Source: Klebsormidium nitens
Lineage: Eukaryota > Plantae > Klebsormidiophyceae
NCBI GenBank assembly: GCA_000708835.1
Contig: DF237105.1
Span: 106,328 to 170,327 of the forward strand
DNA length: 64,000 bases
Direction: 5' to 3'
Part shown: one piece after another, positions 12,852 through 24,800 of the stretch
Layout of the letters: each line of letters begins with the position of its first letter
Position numbering within the stretch: the stretch's first letter is position 1
Translations under genes and position numbers: made by a program
Notes under the pieces: model-generated
Seen by the model: only the letters and a program-made list of their open reading frames with translations
Databases searched by the model: none
Told to the model about the DNA's origin: nothing

Positions 12852-15800
12852 CTACTGAAACAGTGCGAGTCCGATTGGTCCCCCTTGGCTTTCGGGCTCT
12901 TGCGCTAGCTGTCGAGCGTTACTACGTTCCTGCATCAGGTTTCCCCGGTCTGCACGAATGCGACAGCAATGCATCAATGAGGTTTCGCAATTGCAATTCA
13001 AAAAACGAGCACGTCAGAGCAATCCATACCAAGATAGTCTGAAGATTGATTAAGCAGGCGCTTTCACTGCTTCTGGATACGGAAGTAGACGACAATATTT
13101 CTCAAAGTCACGCCTGTACATCATTGTACATCAGGCAACAGCTCGTCGGAAGCTCACACGTATTTCGCTCGTTTCTAAAGCCATACGCAGAAAGATACTT
13201 GAGGAGATGCTAACCGCTCAGAGGGTGAGCAATCGGCCGGTACGATATAAAGGGCTACTGGATTTTGCGGACTTCGGTTGCTTAATAGGCACTTCTTCTC
13301 AGGCTGGATCAGCAAAGAACGCGTCTGAAAAACACTTCTCCTGCCGGCTAATTTGGACAGAAGTAATAGGTATTCGGAGGCAACAAGGAACAGAAGATCA
13401 AGGAAAGGCGTTCTTGAATGTTGTGAAGTGGGTGACATGAGAACAACCGAGAGAAACAGGACCTTAACGAGAAAAAGGACAAGTGTCGGATAAACGATTG
13501 GTTTGAGAGAAGGAGCAACGAGAAAACATCACAGAGCAACATCCCCGACCTGTGAGATTTGTGATGACGTTTCCCGCTTTCTGTGGGGTCAGCGCGCGCA
13601 GCTGCCCCCCCGCGCCGCCCTGTAACAGAGTCCGCACCGCAACCCGCTGCTCTTTGACACTGCTCGTGGCACCGACAGCCGCCTCGAACTCGGCCAGCGC
13701 TGCTGACGTCATGTTCGGAAGCGAGGATAACACCTGCAATACATGAAACATGTTTCTTTTCCTGCGCCGTCAAGTTTCGGCTAAGTTGGAATCCAGGACT
13801 GTGTGCTGCAATTGTGGCAGCTCCTATTGAACAGTCTCTTCATCGAGAAGACTGCGTCGAGCTTCAATTCAAAGCGTCTTCTGCGTCTTCACTCTTGCTC
13901 TGTGAGAAACAGAGGCCCTCCAGCAGAAAACCGACGAGGCTAAGTTAAAAACGTCCAAGCTTCGAATTCTTTTACAGCAGTGATGCAATCACCAACGAAG
14001 CAGTAAAAGAAGGGAAACTGAGGCTTTGAAAGCTTCGTAGACGTATGTCTAACAAGGGATATAGAGAAGCCGGAAAGTCTAATTTGGCCTTGCACGTGGT
14101 TTTGATGACAAGACGTGCCCTTTATTTGGTTGTGGAAAAGGGCCGACTTATTCACCCAGCAACTCAACTTGACGTGAGATTGACAGACAGTTAGCAGCTG
14201 GCTAATCCTCACCTCACCATCACGGTTGACCTATGAACAAAGTGTCAAACAACCGCACCCGCCAAGACTACCCAATGACACTGACTGCTCTCACAATACT
14301 ACAAGGCAGTACCTGTCTGACGGCTGGTGTCACCGGCGCAAGGCGGAGGTAGATGTCGAGAACGAGCGCCAGAAGGTCCGCCTGAATCTGGGCGTTGCTT
14401 TCGAGCGCGAGCGCGCGTACGGCGGTGGCGAGAAGCGTGCGCCCGACGAGTTCGTGCAAACGGGGGTCTGCTGGGGCGACCTGCGAAGAGATGGGGTGAT
14501 TCAGACGGTCGCCCAAAAGGGGTGGGATAAAAAAGTAGTCCTTTGAGCGCGCGTACGGCGGTGGCGAGAAGCGTGCGCCCGACGAGTTCGTGCAAACGAG
14601 GGTCTGCTGGGGCGACCTGGAGATGAAGCAACAAGTCAGATGGTCGCCCGCATACGTATGGGGCCAAGAAATAAAAGGGTTGCTTTGAAGCGCAAGCGTC
14701 TGCAGAACGGTGGCGAGTAGTATGCGTCCAAAAAGATCGTGCAGGCGGGGGTCTGCTTGGGGCGACCTGCGAAGCGGATGAAGCGGTTCAAACGGTCGCC
14801 GAAAAGCGGGTAGAGTCAAGGAAAGTGGTGCTTTCAGCGCGAGCGCTCGTACCGCGGCGGCAAGAAGCGTCCCGCCCTACGAGTTTGTGCAGGCGGAGGT
14901 CCGCTGGGGCGACATGGGCAAGAAGGAATAAGTCAAACGGTCGCCCGGATCCGTAAGGGGTCAAAAAATAGAACGGTTGCTTTCGAGCGCGAAGGGTAGT
15001 ATGGCCGTAACGAGAAGAGTGCGCCCCAGGAGAAGGCCCAGGCGGGGGCTTGCGGGGGCGACCTGCGAAGGGACGAGAAGCATGGTTGCCTAAATCTCGT
15101 TCGGGGGTTTCAGACCAAGGACGGAGTTGCTTTCCAGAGCGAGCGTGCACACTGCCGTGGCGAGGAGCGTGCACCCCACGAGGTCGTGCAGGCGGGAATC
15201 TGCTGGGGCGACCTGCGAAGGGACGGGAAATTTTTCAACGGTCGTCTAGTTTTCGCATGGGAGTTGATCCGATGAGGGAGTTGCTTTTGAGCGCGAGTGG
15301 TCGCGACGAGGTGTCGAGAGGGCGCCCTAAAACCTTAGAATCCCAAAACACCCTACGAATCCTGCAGGCGGGGGTCTACAAGGGCGACGTGCCAGAAACG
15401 TTCAATGTTGAGACAGTAGACCTTTTCTAGTATGGAGATGTGACGGCACGTCAAACCACTATCGCGAGCGGTTCGGATTGGAACATCGATTCAAAAGGTG
15501 ACGGGGAGACGAGATTCTGCGAAAGCTCTGCAAGTGCTATCGCAGTGGATACAAGTGCTATCGTGAGACCACAGCCACCGAAAGATGTTTCACTACCCCC
15601 CCGATCGAAAGAACCCTAAACTAGAGCCAGCTGTATACTGCTTACTGAATACTGAATGCTGATTGCTGAATGCTGAATGCTAAATACTGACTACTGAGTT
15701 CTGAATACTGAATACTGACTATTAAATACCGCGCCCGACGCCAATGCACATAAGGACGAACTAGCACGACACAAGGGCGACACGGCCGACAGAACGAGTC

Positions 15801-18800
15801 GTCAAAAAGAGAGCCCACCTGCGCAGCTCCGCTGGCCAGGATAAGCGCTTTTTGGGCGGCCTCCGTGTCCGGCCACGTGAGTGCCTGGGTCGCCAGTTCG
15901 AGCCCGGCCGCCGCGGCCGGGGGGTGCTGGAGCAACCAGCCCAACAAACCGGGGTCTACTTGGTTGCGGATTTGTTGGGAGGGTTCTGGCTTGGTGGGGG
16001 GAAAACTGGAGGGGGCGAATAGAGCCAGCAGCGAGCAGACGTCCCTGTGAGGAGCATTTTGTGTGAACGGTTTGTCGGTTTGTTTCCCACTTCTTAGCCT
16101 GCTTCTGAAATCACAGCGTGACAGGTTTCAGAAGGGTAGGCAGTCCATACGGACTACTTGGGAGGTCACTTCGCTGGCTGCGCTGAAACCGCTGATTGGC
16201 TTAAAAGGAAAAAGGGCCGACCAAGACGATACATCGGCCTTTGAAGAGAAGTTTCTGAAGTGCTTTCAAGTTATCCTGGACTAGATGCCGGTCATGCGAA
16301 GAAGCCTGAATCAAAGTGCCATTTGCTTGAACAAGCATTATGCAGTATGATTACCGTCATCGGGATGTAAGCCAAATCAGGACAACCCTCAGGGGCCTGC
16401 AAAAACCTGTCTGTGAGATGCAATTGGCATCCCAGTCCCATGTCGACTTACAAGTGTCTCAACTTGTGCAGACTCGACAGGTTATGGAACGCGATCCTAC
16501 CTGCTCAAATCTCGAACCATCTTGTCAAGCAAGATTTCTTCCGCAGCCCCCCCCTTGGTTTGCTGCAGCGGCGGACCCCCCGTTTGCGTGGCCAGCTGGG
16601 CCCACCCCCCAGCGAGGGTCGTGTGCGCTTGCGCCAAAACAGGGGGGACCAGTGGGGCCAGCCACGCTTCCCATTGAGGGGGGGGGCAGTGGGACACAAT
16701 GGGAGAGACCTGTAAGAGGCGAAACGGGGGGGTGATGAACCATAAGCTCAGAGTGACTCTTAAATGCAAGGGCTATATGATTCTCAAAGGCAAAATTGCA
16801 CAAAACAGGGGGGACCGATGGGGCGAGCCACATTTCGCATCCAGAGAGGGGACAGTAAGAGCCGTTGGGGGAGACCTGTATGAGAAAGAACCCAGACTTT
16901 TGAAAAGATACTTGCGGGGAGGTCACATGCTTAACGGTTCCGCTTAGAAGTTGAAGAAGTGGGAACCGGAGACCCTCTGAACTGGCACTTTTACCAGGAC
17001 TAGGACGGTCAAAGAATGGATCTTGAGGGGGAAACTCGACCATACGTCAGTAATAAAGACTTAAGGGATTGTGGGGTTTCAAGCTCAAGGAGACGAGGAA
17101 AGGGGCTTCTGTAGGAGTCGACAATCCTGGCAAACAGGACTGAAATGCATCCTCTTCGGGTCTCTCCAGAACGATGCTCCCAAGTCAATTGGACAAAAAG
17201 ACTGGTCAGAGTGCACAAGCACATGAAGTTTGGATATCCGAACTTGGCCACTTGGAGCCAGTCTCACGTGCAACGCTTCGGTGACTTTGCTGCAAATGTC
17301 GCTTCAGGGCCACCCTCTCCTGCTTTGCCACAGCTTATCCTTTTGCCTTTTTGAATCGACAGCGCTGCCTTTCCTTATGAATCTTTTGAAGCTCATCCGA
17401 CCTCAAATCCTTTTTAGAAGAAACTCTTCGCCCCGGCATCTCAAAGGTTATTCAAGAGAGAGTGCCCGCACAGGTAAACTGCAAACAGCCGACACAAGAA
17501 AGCGTGCACCTTCTCCTGCGCACAGCAAAAAGTATATGCTCACCACGGACTTGATCAACAGCCGCAGGTGCCGAATCTCCATCGCCGCAAGGCTCCCCGT
17601 GAGCGCGGACGCCGCAACAGCCCCCCACTCCGACCGGTCGAAAAACCCGGGCACGCGCGCGGCGGCTGTTCCCAAAACAGTGTACCCCGCCTCGCGCACT
17701 CCCTTGAGCCAATTTCGGGGGACTTGCTCTTCTTCCGGGGGGGAGATTCCCTTGTGTGATNNNNNNNNNNNNNNNNNNNNNNNNNNNNNNNNNNNNNNNN
17801 NNNNNNNNNNNNNNNNNNNNNNNNNNNNNNNNNNNNNNNNNNNNNNNNNNNNNNNNNNNNNNNNNNNNNNNNNNNNNNNNNNNNNNNNNNNNNNNNNNNN
17901 NNNNNNNNNNNNNNNNNNNNNNNNNNNNNNNNNNNNNNNNNNNNNNNNNNNNNNNNNNNNNNNNNNNNNNNNNNNNNNNNNNNNNNNNNNNNNNNNNNNN
18001 NNNNNNNNNNNNNNNNNNNNNNNNNNNNNNNNNNNNNNNNNNNNNNNNNNNNNNNNNNNNNNNNNNNNNNNNNNNNNNNNNNNNNNNNNNNNNNNNNNNN
18101 NNNNNNNNNNNNNNNNNNNNNNNNNNNNNNNNNNNNNNNNNNNNNNNNNNNNNNNNNNNNNNNNNNNNNNNNNNNNNNNNNNNNNNNNNNNNNNNNNNNN
18201 NNNNNNNNNNNNNNNNNNNNNNNNNNNNNNNNNNNNNNNNNNNNNNNNNNNNNNNNNNNNNNNNNNNNNNNNNNNNNNNNNNNNNNNNNNNNNNNNNNNN
18301 NNNNNNNNNNNNNNGATTTCGAGGGGACCCAATCGGAGAGCGGCCTGGGAAAAGAAAGCGCGAGACGTCAGACTGCAGTTTTGAAGACGGAAAGCTGGCG
18401 ACTGTGCGGGCTGAAAAGTTGCAGGACAGTCATGCACCGCTCGGAGAAGCTGGCAGGCAAAATGTGAAGCGAGGAAGCGCGGGAAGATAACCGGAACCCA
18501 AAGCCATACCGGTTGACTAGAGGGTTTTGCGGTGTTGGAGCATGTGCTTTGTCAGAAGATATGGAACAGCGGAGCTTAAAAACACGAAATAACACAAATC
18601 AGCAAACCGCAGCACATTACAACAAGAAGTACGAGCACAACAGATTGGTCAGAATTCAAGAGAGCAGTGATGCCGGACCCATGCATGACATACCATATAC
18701 GCACTGATAGCCATGCAGGGAGAGCACCGCAAAAAAGGCGAGGACGCGGCGTTGGACAGTCATATTCAACACGACCTTCGACGATCATCCATAACCATGG

Positions 18801-21800
18801 AAGTTAATGAGCGCTTCACCTGTAATGTCGGAGAGAGTGTCCGCTGCACTTCCGGTTCCCACAACCGGTGGACAGCTTGCAAAAGGTGCAGTAAGGGGGG
18901 GACGATCCAGCCCAGGTGTTGGCCCATCGGGTGGGGGGGGGCGGGCGGAGTCGTAGGGCGGCCGACGGCTGGAGGGGGAGTGCTGGGGGACCGGGGAACG
19001 CGCACTGCAAAGAAAAGTAAAAAAACATGTCTGCTGACGTCAGCAAATAGGGTAACTATGATTAGTTTTGAATATTGGGGGGAGGACGTGCGCGAAGTTG
19101 CTTCACAGAGGTGGGCGGTCGGATGCTGATGGCAGTAAAACGTCAGGACAAGAAAGTTGGCACCAGGAGGACAACAGGCTTCTGAAGGCGGGGCCATCTG
19201 AAACGACTACATCAAACTGCCTCTCGATGCTTATTTGAACTTTGACGCCGAACTTTTTATCAAGATAGCAGTTGAAGTTCTCGGCAGACAAAAGCCTAAC
19301 AAGGAGCGTCCCATCGTGCTGCAGACGCGCCTGGTAGTGCAACCATGCAAGGAGATAGCGTGATAGATCCAGCGAAGAATTCTCGTGACTTCAGACAATT
19401 TGACGGATATTTTGATTTGGTATAAAAACGTTCCCAGAAGCGTCTCACTGTGGTGCAGACCCGCCTGGTTGTGCGGTCTTGACCGCCTGAACGCTTTCTC
19501 GAACAGGAAACGGCATGGTAGACTCACCGGTGATTCCCAAAGGACACATTCAAAAAGGAAACGGAAGTAATAAAAACCGTTTCCAAAACCTTTCCGTGCT
19601 GCAACCCGGCCTGGTTGTGCGGAGCTGATCGCCGGAGCCCTTTCTCGAACCGGCAGGTGGCGTGGTAAATCCAACGGAAACCTCCAGTAGTTTTCCGACA
19701 GGGTCAAGGAAAACCGCAGTGTTACATAAACGTCTCCAAAGGCGTCTTACCGTGCTGAAGACCTGCCTGATTGTGAGGTGCCCACCGCCGGAGCGCCTTC
19801 TCACATTGGGAGATGCCGTGGTAAGTTTACGAACAAATTGTGAATCTGGACAAACTTATGGTATAACTGAAGAGATAAAAATCGTTTCATAAGCGCCTTA
19901 ACGTGCTGAAGACCTGCCTGGATGTGCGGTGCCGACCGCCGGAGCGCCTTCTCAAAGAGGGAGATAGCGTGAATCCACCAGAAGTTCTCGATAGTTTCGA
20001 AGTGATATACTGGAAAACCGCGACGATAAAAAAGTATTTAAAAGGCGGCTTACCGTGTTGCAGGCCCGCCTGATTGTGCGGGGCAGACCGTCGGAGAGCT
20101 TTCTCAAACAGGGAGATGGCGTGGTAAATCCACCAGTAAGGAGCAGGGCCGGAAGAGAGGCCATTGGCGGCCGGCGATTGCGGGAGTTGCAAAAGGGTCG
20201 CGAGGCCAGCCGGGGTTGAGATGGTCTGTGACACGTGGCGCACGGTACGTTATCAGGGGGTGATACTTTAACCTCACAGTTTGTTCTTCTGTCGCCCACA
20301 AAAATAGCCCAATTAGGTATTAATTAGAGAGCTAAGTTGAACACTGAAGTATGACAGAGTCCAGCAAACACGACGGCAATGTTCAGAAGCAAAAAATGCA
20401 TGCGTAAAGGCCAGACCAACTACTAAGCAACATCTTTATACGGCCCATTCTACAGCTGAGTCATAAGACCAGATTGGACGCTCAAAGATAGAAACGGTCA
20501 CCACAGGAGCATCAGGGATACTGCTCGTTCAGAGTCAGGAGCGACAGCTATGACTCCTAACTTCAAGAGTGTTCTAAGATGCGACTTGATGATATTGAAC
20601 GTGTAACGCTTACCTGTTGCCACGCTGAGTCGACCCATTGCTGGCGGAGCGGAGCGAGGAGCCACTCCAAGACTTGAGCCTGGCGTTCGGCCCTGAAAAA
20701 GTAGGGTAATAAGTATAAGCAAGGACAGACCTTTGCCGAAAAGCGAGCGAAGTAGGCGGTTTCCATCCACAGTCTGCAGCATACTTCAATCTCCTTCGCG
20801 AGGGAGGCAAAACGCTAAATTAGGCAGGAAAGTCAGCTCTTGAACTGGAGACTCAAGCGAAAGATTTGTTCGCGTTCTTGGCTTTTGGAAAGATCCCTAA
20901 GAAAACCGAACCCCTTTGCATAGCTCGGCATTGGTCCTTACACGTCTCCATAAGGCAGCGAAAGCACGACGGAGATGGTTTGGTGCATTCGCCTTTTGAG
21001 TAAGACTTCGAACTTGCTGCCTTCAACTGCTTCAAAGCGCGGCTCTCCTTTCCTGGTAAATCAGTTGTGACGCAATGACGTCAGCAGAGAATCTAAGCCA
21101 GGAGGCCAGCAGAAGCACCAAGCAGTGACGTCAGCGCGGTGACGTCATCCTCACCCGGCGGAGGTGGAGATGACCATGATGGCTTCCGCGAGGCTGTTGT
21201 GCTCGCTCGGCGTCAGCTGGCCTGCGCTGTGCATTTGACCGATAGCGCCCGCGATGCTCTCCAAATGGGGGACGAGACCCGACCCAGCCGATCGAGCGAC
21301 GCGCAGAATCGACGTGCAAACCTGATGAGAAGCGCAAGACGTTTAGCTTTCCCGTTCGTGAAGTGTTGGAAGCTTTAAAGGCCTAGAATTGATGTGGGAT
21401 GTCATTTGATCAAGATCCGGCTGCGCTGTGCATCAAACGGCTGCGCTGTGCATTTGACCAATGGCGCCCGCGATGCTCTCAAAATGGGGGACGAGANNNN
21501 NNNNNNNNNNNNNNNNNNNNNNNNNNNNNNNNNNNNNNNNNNNNNNNNNNNNNNNNNNNNNNNNNNNNNNNNNNNNNNNNNNNNNNNNNNNNNNNNNNNN
21601 NNNNNNNNNNNNNNNNNNNNNNNNNNNNNNNNNNNNNNNNNNNNNNNNNNNNNNNNNNNNNNNNNNNNNNNNNNNNNNNNNNNNNNNNNNNNNNNNNNNN
21701 NNNNNNNNNNNNNNNNNNNNNNNNNNNNNNNNNNNNNNNNNNNNNNNNNNNNNNNNNNNNNNNNNNNNNNNNNNNNNNNNNNNNNNNNNNNNNNNNNNNN

Positions 21801-24800
21801 NNNNNNNNNNNNNNNNNNNNNNNNNNNNNNNNNNNNNNNNNNNNNNNNNNNNNNNNNNNNNNNNNNNNNNNNNNNNNNNNNNNNNNNNNNNNNNNNNNNN
21901 NNNNNNNNNNNNNNNNNNNNNNNNNNNNNNNNNNNNNNNNNNNNNNNNNNNNNNNNNNNNNNNNNNNNNNNNNNNNNNNNNNNNNNNNNNNNNNNNNNNN
22001 NNNNNNNNNNNNNNNNNNNNNNNNNNNNNNNNNNNNNNNNNNNNNNNNNNNNNNNNNNNNNNNNNNNNNNNNNNNNNNNNNNNNNNNNNNNNNNNNNNNN
22101 NNNNNNNNNNNNNNNNNNNNNNNNNNNNNNNNNNNNNNNNNNNNNNNNNNNNNNNNNNNNNNNNNNAATGGGGGACGAGACCCGAACCGGCCGACCGAGC
22201 GTCGCGCAGAATCGACGTGCAAACCTGAAGGCAAGCACGGGTTCCAGATTTGTGAACCCTTTTGGGAGTGTTAAGCATCGAGGTTGTCCTGCGTCAGTGT
22301 TGAAAATGTTACGCCTGCGTTGTGCACTTGACCGATGGCGCCCGCGATGCTCTCCAAACGGGGGACGAGACCCGAACCGGCGGCTGACCAAGTGAAGCGC
22401 AGAATCGACGTGCAAACCTGATGACAAGCACGGGTTTTAGGTTTGTGAAAGGTATTTGGGGTCAGTAAAATGTTAGGTTTGGCCTGTATTGCAAAAACGT
22501 TGCGCCTGCTTCGTGCATTTGACCGATGGCGCCCGTGATGCTCTCCAAAGGGGAGACGAAACCTGAGCCGGCTGACTGAGCGACGTGTAGGATCGAACGC
22601 ACACGCCTAGCAAGAAATCTGGAATATGTAGGGAGCTCAGGAGATTTCACAATTGCGAGGTCAGGTGAGTTTGATGTTGGATCATGTCGCACGAGCTGTG
22701 CATCTGAGCGGTGAAGCCCGCAATACTCTCTACAAAAGGGACCGCTCCTGGATCGTCCAAGCAGGGAAACGTGTCCTTTGTATTTGTCTTCAGTGAAGCA
22801 TTCCGTAATCCTTGCTCCGTCAATTTTTGAACGTTCCATTGCGCCTTGGAATCGACTTTCAAAAGTCAGCATGGTGTGCTGGACAAGCCTGCGTGTTAGA
22901 GTGAGAGCGGGGGATGTCCATCCGGCATGCCTCCTCGAAAGCCGCAACGTCTGCTTAGAAAACCTTTTAGGAACCTCGACTTGGAAACCGTTTGGGTCGC
23001 GACGAAACCTGTCTTTCAAGTTACACCGGACGCATCAAACAGGGGGCCACCGTCTTTGTCGCTGCCCAAACGGCTTTGTCGCTGCCGTAAAGATGGACAG
23101 AGATCACAAATATCAGAAGCAGAAAGCAGATCAAAGTCTGTCAGTAGGACCTTTCAGGCTGGCATATCTGCACTAAGACGAGGCAACTGTTTTTCACTTC
23201 GGGAGCTGTGGCGAACCTCATACGAAGGGTTCCAAACAAGGGGCCGAGGTTGATGTTCAAGGGGCTCACCAGAAGTCGAGCCGACCAGATGGGAGCTTTA
23301 TCTCGGGGGTTGCCGTGGGCCGGGATACTGGGCTCGGAGCTGCAAAAAGAGAAACATACTCAAGCGGAGGACTCAAAATGCTGGATACGCAGCGTCTCTG
23401 GTATGACTTACAGAGCTGATAAGGCCAAGGCCGTTATGTGTAATCGGCACGTGAAGCGCAACTCAAGCGAAGGTTATAGTCACTTGATCTTTGACCCCGT
23501 GCCACTTCAAACCGTAAAACAGGGCGTCAAGATCGATACCGTATTGTCTGACGGTTCTGTTGATTCTAGGGGAAGGGGATCGCCCCCGTGTTCGACCATC
23601 GGATGGTCAGTTGGGCTACTAAGGAAGTGCCCTGGATCGTCCGAAATCGATTCAAACTCCACACGCCTTCCTTGAATATTGCCATCCCACACCGCAATTG
23701 TGCCATAGTTTGAAAGACTGCTGGATGGTCTCCTGTTGAGACCCTCTGAAGGAAGAGTCAGCCTTTGGAGGGTTGGCGACTTCTTGCGGAAGACCAGATT
23801 TTAATGCAAACCAGAACAACGAAAGAGGTAAGAGAATCGAGGACTTCTTTGTAAACTGACTGCTAACTTCCTGGTAGCAGATTCGCCCCGGCAGCATCAG
23901 CAGCAGCTTCGTTGAACTGCACTCGTCAAAGCCGCACACACAAATTTACCCAGCAAACTCCACCCTGGACTCTCGACACCACAACACAAAAGAAGGAAGG
24001 CAAGATTGGAAAGCGGCTCAAGCTCCACCTCTTGAATCCACCAGCATACTAAAAGAAGGAGAAGAGGCTTGCGAAGCCAGCTCACTGTTGAGACCCTGGA
24101 GGAAGCACCAGTCCCTGCAGCATCAACAGCAGCTTGTGCAGCACGTTTGGAACCGCCGCAGGGCCGAAAGCCAGGTACGGGCCACACGCGTCAAAGAGCC
24201 GGCCTTGTAGATGCACCAAACCAGCCGCCGACACCTTGGGGAAGTACAGAGAACCAACGTCAGTTCACTGATTAAGGTGAGAAAGTTGAACTTTGCTTCC
24301 TTTCACAGTAGGCAGACTCCCGTAACAGGACGGCAGATTTGGTCACATTGAACACAACCACACGCGTCAAAGAGCGGGCCTTGCAGATGCACATAAACCA
24401 GCTGCTAACACCTAAAACAAGAAAAGTAGACCCTTTTTGCTCCACTGTTTGAGGTTCAGAGTGGGAAAGACAGTTCCGTCAGAAAAATTCTCTTCCTCTC
24501 GGTATAATCAAGTATATGTAGCAGACTCGTATGGTCCATGTAATAGTTTGATCTTGCGAATTCTCGAATATCAACGGTGTTTGATGACCGAATCAAGTCG
24601 CCAAGCCCTTGACAGGAAACGGCGACGTAAACGTGGGTCGAGCGGTCTTTGTCAAGCAGTTCGCGAATTTCGCATACGTGAGGTGTACTTTGCATTGGTG
24701 CGGCGTTTCATAGTCTATGTTATGATGCGTCACATGCAGCGGAGAACAGCAAAGAAGGCCACTACGAACAGTCATCTCCATCTGAGAAGCTTCTGCCTTA

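Noticed and set aside
14400-15395. Regularly spaced repeats as a CRISPR array
   Set aside because: Units are ~150-bp degenerate copies of the neighbouring exon junction, with no constant repeat/unique spacer structure and no cas genes; eukaryotic context.
17230-22427. Long ORFs containing X runs (also 58793-59866)
   Set aside because: Artefacts of translation through N gaps.
14400-22610. Echo copies as Dscam-like mutually exclusive exons
   Set aside because: Copies contain only one splice site each, cover only part of the exon and carry indels or stops.
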